DNA from: the human T2T-CHM13v2.0 reference genome, Homo sapiens
Direction: 5' to 3' (one strand)
Assembly: GCF_009914755.1 (NCBI RefSeq)
Contig: NC_060930.1
DNA: 64,000 bases
Made by a program: the position numbers and the translations under genes. Numbering within the stretch: position 1 is the stretch's first letter; every line of letters starts with the position of its first letter. A model generated the notes under the pieces. It was given only the letters and a program-made list of their open reading frames with translations. It searched no databases and had not been told where the DNA came from. Below are positions 42,920 through 61,760 of this stretch, piece after piece.

Positions 42920-43861
42920 CCAGCAACGGAACAAAGCTGGATGGAGAATGATTTTGACGAGCTGAGAGAGGAAGGCTTCAGACAATCAAATTACTCTGAG
43001 CTACGGGAGGACATTCAAACCAAAGGCAAAGAAGTTGAAAACTTTGAAAAAAATTTAGAAGAATGTATAACTAGAATAACCAATACAGAGAAGTGCTTAA
43101 AGGAGCTGATGGAGCTGAAAACCAAGGCTCGAGAACTACGTGAAGAATGCAGAAGCCTCAGGAGCCGATGCGATCAACTGGAAGAAAGGGTATCAGCAAT
43201 GGAAGATGAAATGAATGGAATGAAATTAAGTGAGAAGGGAAGGTTAGAGAAAAAAGAATAAAAAGAAATGAGCAAAGCCTCCAAGAAATATGGGACTATG
43301 TGAAAAGACCTAATCTACATCTGATTGGTGTACCTGAAAGTGATGCGGAGAATGGAACCAAGTTGGAAAACACTCTGCAGGATATTATCCAGGAGAACTT
43401 CCCCAATCTAGCAAGGCAGGCCAACGTTCAGATTCAGGAAATACAGAGAACGCCACAAAGATACTCCTCGAGAAGAGCAACTCCAAGACACATAATTGTC
43501 AGATTCACCAAAGTTGAAATGAAGGAAAAAATGTTAAGGGCAGCCAGAGAGAAAGGTCGGGTTACCCTCAAAGGGAAGCCCATCAGACTAACAGCGGATC
43601 TCTCGGCAGAAACCCTACAAGCCAGAAGAGAGTGGGGGCCAATATTCAACATTCTTAAAGAAAAGAATTTTCAACGCAGAATTTCATATCCAGCCAAACT
43701 AAGCTTCATAAGTGAAGGAGAAATAAAATACTTTACAGACAAGCAAATGCTGAGAGATTTTTGTCACCACCAGGCCTGCCCTAAAAGAGCTCCTGAAGGA
43801 AGTGCTAAACATGGAAAGGAACAACCGGTACCAGCCGCTGCAAAATCATGCCAAAATGTAA
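42920..43861 (+). pseudogene. L1 ORF1p remnant (start missing, two frameshifts)
   Basis: Lacks the first ~27 codons; about +5 nt near 43215 and +1 T near 43760; native TAA at 43859-43861 followed by the 63-nt inter-ORF spacer. Confidence 0.9.
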
Positions 43862-43897
43862 AGACCATCGAGACTAGGAAGAAACTGCATCAACTAA

Positions 43898-47752
<3,855 letters not shown>

Positions 47753-50700
47753 ACAATGAGATCACATGGACACAGGAAGGGGAATATCACACTCTGGGGA
47801 CTGTGGTGGGGAGGGGGGAGGGGGGAGGGATGGCATTGGGAGATATACCTAATGCTAGATGACGAGTTAGTGGGTGCAGCGCACCAGCATGGCACATGTA
47901 TACATATGTAACTAACCTGCACTATGTGCACATGTACCCTAAAACTTAAAGTATAATTAAAAATATATATATAATAATAATAGTAATAATAATAATAAAT
48001 AAATAAATAAATATGTAAAAAAATAAATAAATAAATGCCAAAGTGTAATGAAATTAAAAAAAAAAAAAAGAATATCACTAACGACACAAGGAACTTTTCA
48101 CCCCCGAGTAATCTCAATGGATTTAATGCATAAACACCTATGATCAGCAATTGCTTGTAAATTTCATCAGACTTGTTTTCCAAGGATGGTAACCAGTAAA
48201 TTTCAAAAAATTGGTTCAAAAGTACGAAAGAAGGCTTTAAAAACAGGATCAAAATTGTCATTTCATTTTATTTCATACAAAAAACTCAGGCGATGTTAGC
48301 AAAAATAACACCAGCCTAGAATCAAGGGATCTGACTTTTATCCCCATCCTAGGATTGACAAGATGGGTAACCTTCATCATTAACTTCATCTCTTTAAATC
48401 TCACACGTGAAATGAGAAGTTGACATATATTTAAGGTCATTTCTAATCTTAAAATATTGAGACCAGAATTTTCTTCATTTTAACTTCAGCATTGCCAAAC
48501 ATATATATTTATCTACCACACAATGTGGCAATCCCAACAAAAATAAATATGAAACTTTCAGAATTCAGGACTGCATTTCTATCAGTTTGAAACCAAAATA
48601 AACATTTTGCACTCTTCGCCAACCGTCTCCGCTCCTTTGTCTGTATACATATTCCTCGCACCTTGCATCTCTCGCCAAAATGTTTTCATCTCAACTCTCC
48701 TCCCAAGTCTTGCTTATTTTGCAAACCCAAATAAACCATAGTTTCTAAGAAGCCCTCTCCAGCAAATCATACTAATACCCCTTTTCTTGTCAAATTCTAT
48801 GTCTCTTATAATCAATAGCCACATCACTTTATTTTATCGTTAATTTTTTAATGCCTGGTATGTCTTCCATGAGTAGGTTGCAAACTTCTTCTGCAACAAA
48901 GACCGCTAAGACTTTTCTGAACCCCATGTAATACCTGGCAAAGTGCCCATGTATTAGCCTTCCATAAACGTACTATTAACTAATGAGTAGTTCAGCTTAT
49001 GGATGTCAGAAACAATTACCATATATTTACCTCATAAAAACTCTACATCACTTAACAATTTCAACCCAATTGACCCTTTTCCAAACTTTAACATCTATGA
49101 TATGCTTTTATAAACTTATTTCCTTTAGCCACATGACTTTAAAAGCATATGAAACAAGATGAAGCACAACATCCGAGTAACTTTCTGACTGGTGTCAAGA
49201 TAGATTGTTTTCAGGCCCATCTCTTTCTCTTCTGTCCTTAATGTAAGCTAGGAATATACTGGATTTGTTTTTTCACAACAGCTCACCAATGATGACTATA
49301 ACTTGTACTTACACTCACAAATCTATTATTTGACTTTTTAATCTAGTAAATCTAAAAAGAGTCAAACACATTCATATATCTGAACATACTTTTTGGTCGA
49401 TTATAGCAGCCAATTCTTTTTGTATCATGCTCATTCCTAGCCAGGCATCCTGCATTTTTATTTTTGCTTTTTATCCTTGAGTCTATTAACTTCTGCTTAT
49501 TTTTTTAAGCCAATGTCGTTCAATCCTTGTAGGAACATTTTTTTCCATGATCAACATAAATCATTAAAGTGTTTCTTCTTTCTTTATTTCTTTCTGAACA
49601 AAGCTTCCCCTTACAAGCAATTTATTAGCATGTTATCATTAACTTCGTAAATGACTGATGTGGTTAAAAACTCTGCGCCTGGCTTCAAGGTAATTTCTAT
49701 ATTAATAAACCCAAATCTCAACTCCACTTGAGGGCAGAGATTCCTTTCAAGTCAAATTTATTTTATACATAAGAATCTCATTCTCATCAATTTTGTATTT
49801 AGAACATTCTCCTCCAAAAGGAGAAAAAAAACTGAATATCTTAATTTGTGATGTAGCTTCAAGATATTCCGAAGTACTTTGCTAAACAGCTTGTCTATAT
49901 TTCCTATTTAAATAGAATGTATTTTATAAACAATGCAAAAACATCAGTTTGGTGAACTCAAAACCATCTATCAAACAAATAACTTACCACAATCTAGGGC
50001 AAGAGGTCATCTGTCTGCTTGTTTTGTGTTGGGTTGGCATTTATGTGTTCTGACATATGACCAGAACCTAAACTGCTTTTCCCCTTTTTGCTCTATTTTT
50101 TATTTAATAATTACATATGAAATAGAAGCTTATTTTCAGAAAGGAAATGGACTCAGCGAAGTCACTTTATATTACAGTGTGGTTCTCCATTTAAAGCTGC
50201 ACTCCCACCTTTACCTTGTTTGTATTTTCACTTTTCCTTTTCCATTCTCAGTTTCAGTTGTCATGATTTTCTTTTCAAGCCATTGCAGATAGTTCAAGTA
50301 GTGTTCATAGTTAAATTCACAGGTGAGTTTTCAAGTTCCATTTACATATCCTCTAACACAATACACCATCACACTTTTCTTGCAAGAAAGCTAAAGTCAA
50401 CTGCATACCATTTCTCTGCTTTGAAGAGAAGAAATTTTTTACATAATGAAAAAAGAGGTTAATATCCCCTTACCAGCTAAAAGTCCATTGAAAGATATAG
50501 TCTCCTGACAAGTGTAAGGCTGGACACAGGTATAACTTGGGGAAAGAGATCATTTGCCAAAAACTGCTTATGAAACAGCAGGGACATTTCTCCATTCAGT
50601 GCTTAACCATTTAACAAATGTGTTATGAAATGTCAACTATCTAATTGTTCCAAGGACTTTTCCTAATGTTTTGAAGGATTTTAAAATATTGTCTGTATGT

Positions 50701-52494
50701 TATTAAGATATAGTTTTATCTTTCTGCTAATTCCTTTACTTTCACAGTCTGAGGCATTCACTAACAATATCCTCAAAGGAGATAATTCAGTCAGTCAAGA
50801 GATACTTAGCTGCATTTAGAAAAAGTCACAATGCAAGTGCAACTATATATATTCTTATTATATATAAACTCAGCATTTACCCAGAAGAGACTAGAGAAAA
50901 TACAACAATTGATTTTATATACACTACTTGATTGACTGGCAGAAGGCAGTCCTCATGTCTACTTCTTCAGAAGAACTGTTAAAGTTTTCATGTATTCTAC
51001 ATACAGTAAAATTAAAACAATATCATATTTGACTGTGCAAAGCATACATTTTAAGACAAAAAATGCACATAATTTTAGAAAAATAAGCAGAAACATCACT
51101 TCTTTCTCTGTGTGCCTTTGAAAGAACCTTGAACCAGACCATCTGTACTCCACAATGAAACTCAACAGGCAGCCACTGAGCTTCTTCTCCATAGGTATGA
51201 AATGAGAAACACAGAATGTTATTGAACATTTTCTCAGTGGAACAGCACACACATATTTAGTACAAGGGGTTCTGCCACTGAGACACACTGAGGGAATTCA
51301 GAGTGTTCAATGACTTCAACTTCCCACCCCATGGCACAGTGTCACTCATGCTGCTGCACTTAGCTCTGCATGTTCCATAAAACAAGAAAAAGCACTTTTA
51401 AAAAACCAGCAAAATGATAATGATTGGGGCTGAGTCGCTTCACTCTCAGACATGTGAAAAAACAAACAGAAACTATCACTTTCAGATGCTTCTCTACATA
51501 CTGTCTGTTCTTTGCTCTGAGTCTCCAAAATTAGAGCAAGAAACACAAAAAAATTATCCAAATAATGTCCATTATAAATATGTTTGCCTTCACATTGTAG
51601 TTTTATAGCATTGAATATTTCTGTTGGCAGTTATATTAAACGTTCCCTATATTCCAGGCTACCACTTATTTTATCTGTTTATTTTAGCTAGAGCAAGTTC
51701 AGGCCTACAATAGCACACTCAGCATTTTGGCTCTATATCATTTGCAAACAAGATGCAAACCTGGCAGCTTAGGGCTTGACATTTTGCATACATGCAACAG
51801 TACCTCCTCTTAGCATCATCATATGTCTGGCATGATCTTATATTTCCACTGGTCTCAGACTGCAAACAACAGGAGGGAAAAACCCAGCAGAAAAGAGGAA
51901 GACAATACAAGATGACTTGGAAGTCATTTTGCTCCATCTTCACCATGGGAGTTAATTGTAAAGAAACATTTTTCTAAAGGGTGCCATCAGTAGGTCTACA
52001 ACTACAGGAACGAATTACATAGTAGAGTATTTTGCAAGCATTACTTAGAAATAACTGTTCAGCATAGCAGCCATAACTACTGGCACATAATTTGATACTT
52101 ATAAGAATGTATTGCTGCATCTAGGTAACAAATGATTTCAAAAATGTTTCATGTGAAAACCTAGCCATTTCACTACAAAAGAAAACAATTCTAAAAGAAA
52201 GTAAAAAATCAAAGTTCATTGTAACCTCAAGTTAAATCAATGTAATTAATGTATCTCTGCCTTGTCTGGTAAAACTCCCTGTTTTCTATGGTTCCTGGAA
52301 CTTTTGCTCTTATATTTCCATTATTCTTTATTTTACAATGTACATTTATGCTTGTACATAGAATAGCAAAATCCAAAATCACATAATCCATATGATCTCT
52401 ATAGTCCCTTTTCTAGTACCATTGAATAACTTTCCAAATAGGGAGGCCTTTGTGTGTATGTTTATGTTCATATGGGTGAGAGTCTATACAAAAT

Positions 52495-52700
52495 TCCTAT
52501 GGCCTAGCTGATTAGAGCATATTGTCTACAGGTTTGGGTAACATAAGATCAAGGTAGCAGATCTGAATGCCTGGTAAGCCACTTAGCTTGAAGCTGTTTC
52601 ATGACCACATGCTTCAGACTTTAGTCTAGCTCACCATATAACAAATACTAGTTATTGATTATAAAGGACTATGCAAAATAAAGACTTCAGACATATACAG
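52495..52700 (+). mobile_element. Ancient tRNA-derived SINE (MamSINE1-like)
   Basis: tggcctagctgattagagcat A-box-like head, then caaggt...gccacttagctt...ctgtttcatgaccaca. Confidence 0.4.
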
Positions 52701-52956
52701 TAGTAGCTCTCGGCAGTCAAAGTAGTGTAGATGCTATCAATAGGCTGGCCATGGCAAAAAATGGCATAAGTAATGCTTACTATAATATCTCATAATATCT
52801 GCAATTTTAAATAGTAACCAACCATAAACTACTGAGATGCCCATCACAGGAAGCATTCATTTCTTAGCCAAAATTACTGTTGTTAAGACTATTTTTTCCC
52901 CCGGGGTAGTGGGTAAGACTCAGTCACCTCTATGTTGTGTAACACTTAAAGTCTAA

Positions 52957-53239
<283 letters not shown>

Positions 53240-54257
53240 CCTTATTTTAACAGACACCAATGTGATCAGAAAAAGTATAACATGTGCTGAAAACTGTTTA
53301 TTGTGTGGACATTGTGTGGGAACCAATAAAAGACAAAGAGCTATAGAATAAATCATTTTTATTTAATTTTATTTACTTTTAAAGTTAGACTCGTATTCAT
53401 TCTGGTCTCTCTGAGTTGTTTGCTCCCACCTGTTTGGTCTCACTTTTCTCTCTGTATCTCAGGAGCCAGAACTACAAGCTTCAGAAGTCAGTTCAGATGG
53501 TTATCTGCAATTTCTCTTTGTAGTGCTATTCGAGGTCAAATCCATTACAGCATATGTTCAGACTGACTTTGCACACTTAACTCCACTGGGCTTTCAGTGA
53601 CATACTTGGCGCTTCACCTGAGAACCTGTTATCCATAGATACATGAGATGTTAAAAGTGATACATACAAAAAAAGAAAGAAAGAAAAACTGATTCATGCC
53701 TACATAGTACATTTATGGCTGACTAATCTATAGCTCTTAAAATGATCTAATAAACACCATGCCACCTTTTTTAAAGATTAAAATCATTTTGCCACTAAAT
53801 GGTGCTATTATGTTCCCAAGCCACCTTAGATTCCAGTCAGAGATGCATGAAGTGTTGGCTCCACAGACTTCCCGGGGAGGACAGCAACATAATCTTGTCA
53901 TTGCGTAATTTGCCACTCACTAAGGAAATGTGTGTCAGGAAACAAAGTGCACCAAACATTGGCAACTGATTCAGAAATAGCAAACACTGAGAAATCTTCT
54001 TTTCCCTTAAGGAATACGATAGAGTGAGCTTTGCAACTGTGCCCCTCAGATTTCATCAATGTGGATTCTCTTGGAGGATTTATTGTTCCAAAAATACAAC
54101 CTAATATGATTTTCTGTACTGATAATTAATTAAAGCAGAGGAGCCTCGGCGATGATAATACACAAATAGATGGAATGTATTTGCCTTTCCTTTAATGTGT
54201 CTTTTATTGCTTCTTAGGAAACTCCCCCTCAAAATATTATATAGACAACAAAGGTAA

Positions 54258-54582
<325 letters not shown>

Positions 54583-54696
54583 AAATTGTTGACATTATAA
54601 GGAATAGTAAATGACATTTTGTGCTTTCATTTAAAAAAAAAAAAAAGTTCATCCAAGTTTTTTTATTTAAAAAAAAGTTCACAGTTAAGAAAACAA

Positions 54697-54995
<299 letters not shown>

Positions 54996-55009
54996 AAGAA
55001 AACAAAGCA

Positions 55010-55315
<306 letters not shown>

Positions 55316-56009
55316 AAAAAGTAAAGCATTCACCCAGCATAGCTTCAGTGGTGTTTTTGCCAAAAAAAAAAAAAAAAAAACACACAAAAAAAACAGTGCT
55401 TAGGAGCCAAGCGCTCTCCTTAGGAGTGAGACACAGCCTACAGCCAGCCTGAGAATGTCTTGACATGGCCTCAAAAGCACCTGGGCCATTGCCCCAACCA
55501 CTCTCTTCTCTTCCCCTCTGCAACCTCACACACACACAGATGCCAACCATAAGCAGCTACTTTCCAGGTCCTCTCAACAGCTCTAACTCACAGATTTGAG
55601 AATAAGTGAGGAAAGGGGAGATCTAGTTGATATATTTTATGCATGTTTTCTCTGTTAAGATCCTATGCAGAGAATTTTTAAATATCCAGTTTTTAACTTC
55701 AGAGAAGTAAAATTCTAAAAGCACAAAACAAGCTGCCACCCATTCTTCCAAGAACCAGTTTATTAATTTCCGTATTCATCTCTCAAGCTCAGAATTTTCA
55801 TATCTCCTTTAACCTTATAATTTCTGACCACTTCTTACCCAACACTCCATCCCAAAATATTCTGTCCAAACCTTGTTTTGTCCTTTCTATTTCTTCCTTT
55901 GTACTTCTAGCATCAATTTTGTTCCTTTCAAACCATTCTAGTACAGGCCCTTGTCACCTAATAGTTGATTTCTGAAGCGTTTTAAGGTTGTTTCACCATT
56001 TAAGTTAAG

Positions 56010-56522
56010 AACTATGAATGGTCTGAGAAATTAGCCTATTTGCAAGTTAACAAGTTGGTTTGCCACAGTTTCATAAATACTAGAAGATACAAAACTCCTA
56101 GGTCAGAGACAAAGTATTTTGTTACTTATAGCAATAGCAGTAAGTACCTGAAGTGTGACCACTCACACCACTTCCCCAAGCCTCAGTTTCCACAGGGCAA
56201 TGTAAAAGGGTCAGGTGACTCCTATACACACATACAGTAGGTAACACTATAGGAGAGGAACCCTGTATTCAGGCAAACTGAATCTTTTATAATGGACAGT
56301 AAGCCTGCTCATACTTGGCTCTAGATGGACACATTATCTCATGATGCCAAACTATAAATAAACCTGCCTTTTGCTTCAGAAGGAGACATGATCTCTATCT
56401 TTCAAAGCTATTTTCTATGCAAATATCCATGAAAAATGTGGTCCAGAACAAATGCAGTCAGTGGCCCTGCTGTCAAGATGTACAGAAATGCAAGAAACCC
56501 AGGAAGAATTGTCTCCCAAAAC
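56010..56522 (-). mobile_element. ERVL-type solo LTR (MER54-group-like)
   Basis: Reverse strand tgggagacaattcttcctgggtttcttgcatttctgtacatcttg...; family from memory. Confidence 0.5.
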
Positions 56523-57972
56523 TTTAGCCTTGGGAAGACTATTTAACCTCTCTAAATTTAAGTTGCCTCATCTGTAAAATGTGATTGATAATACGTACTT
56601 CACTGGATTGTTGTCAAGATTAAATTCAATAATGTATGTCAAAAAATGTTTTAGCTCATTGCCTGACCCAAAGTATGCAATAAACAAATTTATGTTTAAT
56701 GATTACTGTATTATTCAAGGTCTGCCCCTTCTTACCTAGTCTAGGCTGAGCATCTAAACTTACTTTCCAATTATTTCTCATCCACATACTGCAGTTTGTG
56801 TTCAATGGCCTATTCACTTCCCATTAAAGAGGATAGGTGCATTTCCATCTCTACAACTTTGTACCTCTTCTCCATCTAAAATCCCTCCCCACTTTTTGCC
56901 TTCATTCCAACTACTTTTCATAGCCAGTTAAAGCTCTGCCAATTCTTCAAAATTCCCCCAAGTCACTGCAGAATGCAAAGAACTTCCCTTCTGGCAACTT
57001 ACTACATTTGCATATACCCCTCAATAAATGCCAGTTTCCCTTCCCTTTATTATATTTGCATATTGATGGATTTAATTTCTCTCAGCTGATCTCTCACTTG
57101 GCTTCTTTTTAACATTTCCATGTGGCTTTCTTGCTTCCAAAGTAAAAGTCAATTATATGTACAAAATAAATTACATAGCAATGTAGTACCATGATACAAT
57201 TGTCAGCAAGAACCCTTCTTTTTCTCCAAGGTGATTAAGGAAACCTTTATTTACTTATTTATTTTAATTTACCAACCAAGTTTTACACCTTCAATCCTCC
57301 AAACAGTCCCCCTAAATTTTTTAATCTTGAAAATAACTGTTTCATAGTAAAAGAACCTGTACTTATAAGTTCAGCTATAACTCCCTGAGCAAAACTCAAG
57401 TTAAGTAGAAACTGGAAGTTAATATACTCTTTCTGGGAAAGTGATCTAAGTTGAATTGAATTGAAAATTCAGTACAGGTGTCTACCTGTCACCAGAAATG
57501 GCCATCATCCCTGATGTTCTGGGTTACAAAACCTTAGTAAAGGGAACAGGATGAATTAAGCTGTTATTTGAAATGGCATGAGTCACTCCTACAGGCAATC
57601 TCATAGCGAATACAGGTCACATCCCAGGGTAAGTTATCCGGGGAAACATGTGTGTCTCAGGTCTGGAGCAGTTTTCCAGCCATGTCCAATAAAACCAAGT
57701 ATAATTCCAACCCTAGAGTCAGGGAGCCAGGGTAGGCAGCATGGCCTCAAGAGAGAGCTGAGGGTGGCATGTGCATGACAGCACAGAGCTGTATACGAGC
57801 TCTTGACTGACATCTCAGAGGGAAACTCAGTTTTGATCTGAGCCCATTTCCAAGTATTATTTTAAAGAATAACTTTTTAATATAATACAACATAGCACAT
57901 ACTATCAACAGATTAACTACATCAGTTAAGATGCTGATGCTTTCAGGAAGACAAGGAAACATCCTTCTAGAG

Positions 57973-58173
57973 CAGTGTTGTTTAATAGAATTCTCTGTGA
58001 TGTCAATGTTCCCTATCAGGGCTTTCAAGTATGACAGCCACTAGCTACATATGGCTATTGTGCACTTGAAATGTAGCTAGCACATACCAGAAAGCCACTC
58101 TTTAAATTTTATTTAATTTTAATTAATTTAGGAAGCCACATGTGACTAGTGACTCTTGTGTTAGATGACATAG
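57973..58173. mobile_element. MER3-like hAT DNA transposon
   Basis: Internal inverted cagccactagctacatatggcta / agccacatgtgactagtgact with AT-rich centre. Confidence 0.7.
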
Positions 58174-58954
58174 CTCTAAAACCTACCATGCAGCTGTCTG
58201 TACTGTCATGAGCACTGTCTCATGTAGCCCTCATACTAACCCTGCAAGCTAGGTGTTATGTTTATTTTTACAGACAATGAACAGAGACTGTGCTAGTTCT
58301 AATCATTAGCACAATATTATATAATGAGTAAGTGGCAGAGCTAGAATTCTATCAGGTTTTTCTAACCACAAAGTTCAAGTATTTCTTTTTTTTCATTTAC
58401 CCCACCTTAGCTTCTCAGAATCAAATTCAAATTCTCTAACGTGTCACAAAGATGTTTTATACTATAATCCCAACCTATGCTTCCAGCCTCACCTCCACCA
58501 CCATCCCCTCTACTTCCTCTATTTCAAAAATACATTTGCTCTCCAAACCCTGATGCATTTTCCTAACTCCCTGACTTTGAATTCATGGTGTTCATAGGCT
58601 TGAAAGGCCCTCCGTCTACTTCTCATCTCTCCATGCCTGGTAAGCTCCTGTATTGTGTGCTGATTATCTGTGTATGTGTCCATTTGCTTGTCTAGAATGT
58701 GAGCTGAAGGAATAGAGTCTTACTCAGCTTGTGCTCCCAGGATGTAGTATAGTACACAGTAGATACTCCAGAAGTATTCAGTAAAAAACAAATAAAGGTG
58801 AAATGAAGATGTGACATCATTAAATTCATCACACATTCAGAAAGCCTTACAGGGCTTGTCTTATTCTGGCCCTGAGAATTGTGTAGACAATGAGTATATT
58901 TAAAAAGCAAGATCTATTCCCCAATATGTTGAAAGACTTGCTTTACAATTTTGT

Positions 58955-59480
58955 GAGGAGAAAATGTATACATGACCAAGGCTGGCAACGAAGACCACCA
59001 GCGCTCACACCTAGGTTAAAGGAAAGCAGGATCACAGGGCTGCTGAGGATCAGCTACACTGGAGAAGCCGGCACTTTACACCTAAGCCCTAGGCGATCGG
59101 ACAATGCACGGGTTGCCCAATGGGGGCCATAAGCATGCCTTCCCAACTGCAAGACTTGAATGTGTTAAACCATGAAGGAGGAGTCCTCAACCTATGGGGA
59201 GCACCCAGTTGGGATGAAAGGTAGTTTCATTCATCCATGGGGATACATGGCCAGTACAACTGCTTCCCGGAATGGATGTTCACCTTGACTGGACCAGCCA
59301 GCTGTGTGTTCCTGTCTGAGAAAACCTAGGAACTGGCTCCTGATTCAGCATATGTATTGCAGGTGGGCTGATTTACAAACACATTGCTATCCTGGAAAAC
59401 AGGTAACCTTCAAACCTCTCTCCTTTCACCAACACACATGCACCTATATAAACATAACAAGACACCCTTGAGCTGCCACC
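58955..59480 (-). mobile_element. Degenerate LTR-like element (ERVL group?)
   Basis: Composition shift and a reverse-strand tgtatcgtggtggcagctc start; family uncertain. Confidence 0.3.
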
Positions 59481-59603
59481 ACGATACAAAAGCTGAGTCA
59501 CAGACAGGAATCAACAGATTTGGGTGGAAATTTTCCATATTTTCTTTGTTGTAGTTCAAATTTTCATGGAAAGTTTGGCCCACCTCTGAAAGTCTTAGAA
59601 CAG

Positions 59604-59790
59604 CCTTAGATCAATGATTCTCTACCCTGGCTTGACATGATAATGACCTGAGGAATTTTTAAAATATACTTATGCCTGAGTCTCACCTTCGGAACTTCTG
59701 GTTCAACTGCTCTATGAGGAGGCCAAGGCACTAAGATTTTACAGATGCTCTCCTGTGACTACAACGTGCATCCGTGGTTGTGATCAAGAG
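59604..59790. mobile_element. MER5-type hAT fragment
   Basis: caatgattctctaccctgg...acctgaggaatttttaaaatatacttatgcctgag... Confidence 0.55.
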
Positions 59791-60213
59791 GCCTAGCTCA
59801 TGAGACCAGTAGCTTAATCACCAAAGCTACCCTAGAGAGAAGGGTAGTGTCAACGTCAGCACTGCAGTTGACTGTAGGAGCAGCCAACAGAGGGTGGTGA
59901 GGAAACTGCACGAAACAAAAGCAACAGTGAATTTCAGAAGAAAAATATTAGCCTATGGCTCAAGTATGCAGCACATTCTTAAATCAACTCATTTGCCTCC
60001 TAAACTACCTGTGACTTGGGGTATGTTTATTTTACAACATTGTGTGATTCCTGCTACTGTGACTTGTGTTATATTTCAATTCAACAAACAGTAATGGAAT
60101 GTTTATAATGTGCATTCATTCTCTGGGCCAGAGAAGAACAATATTAGAAAATAACATTGAGAACCTAAGAGTCTAACAGGGGAAATGTGATGTGTTGCTT
60201 GCTGAAATAAATA

Positions 60214-60823
60214 CAGTAGGTCCTCACCTAACATTGTGAATAGGTTCTTGGAAACTGCAACTTTAAGCAAAATGGTGTATAACAAAACCAATTTACCAAT
60301 AGACTAATAGATATAAACAAGAATTAAGTTCCTATGGCATTATTTCTGGTCCCACAAATATCATCAAACTTCCAAATAAAGATCAAAAACACTTCTAATA
60401 TCAAACATGGACATAAATGTGAGCTATACATACATTTTTAAAAGACTAATAAAAACAAGTAAAATAATTATTTATCTAATTATTCCAGTTTGCATTGTGG
60501 GTAGCCAGAGCCTATTCTGGCAGCTCAGGGTGCCAGGCAGGAACCCACACTGGAAAGGATGCCATCCCATTGCAGGGCACAACTACACACACACACACAC
60601 ACACTCTCACCCAGACTGGCACCATGTAGACACACGAATTAACCAAAGATGCAAAGCTTTGGGATATGGGAGGAAACCAGAGGACCCGGAGAAAACCCAC
60701 ACAGACGTGGGGAGAATGTGCAAACTGCACACAGACCATGATCCTGGCCGGAAATTGATTGTTTTCTCTCAACATTTTAATGAAACAACATTAAACAAAA
60801 CGACATTATTTGAAGACCTGCTG
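60214..60823. mobile_element. Tigger3-family (TcMar) internally deleted DNA transposon
   Basis: TIRs cagtaggtcctca / tgaagacctgctg, left TA target site, about 610 bp. Confidence 0.8.
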
Positions 60824-60879
60824 GATAGGTATAAATGTGTTATGGGAGTTCCAAGTACAAAGGAGGGAGTGAATTAAAT

Positions 60880-61760
<881 letters not shown>

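Noticed and set aside
42907-42930. Spliced L1 (SpIRE) origin of the 5' deletion
   Set aside because: The upstream breakpoint is near nt 42 and is not followed by GT; it does not match the recalled nt-97 donor or nt-976 acceptor
52495-52590. tRNA-like A-box sequence
   Set aside because: No cloverleaf or intact B box; better explained as an ancient SINE head
60407-60877. 156-aa ORF
   Set aside because: Lies in a non-autonomous Tigger3 relic and shows no transposase motifs
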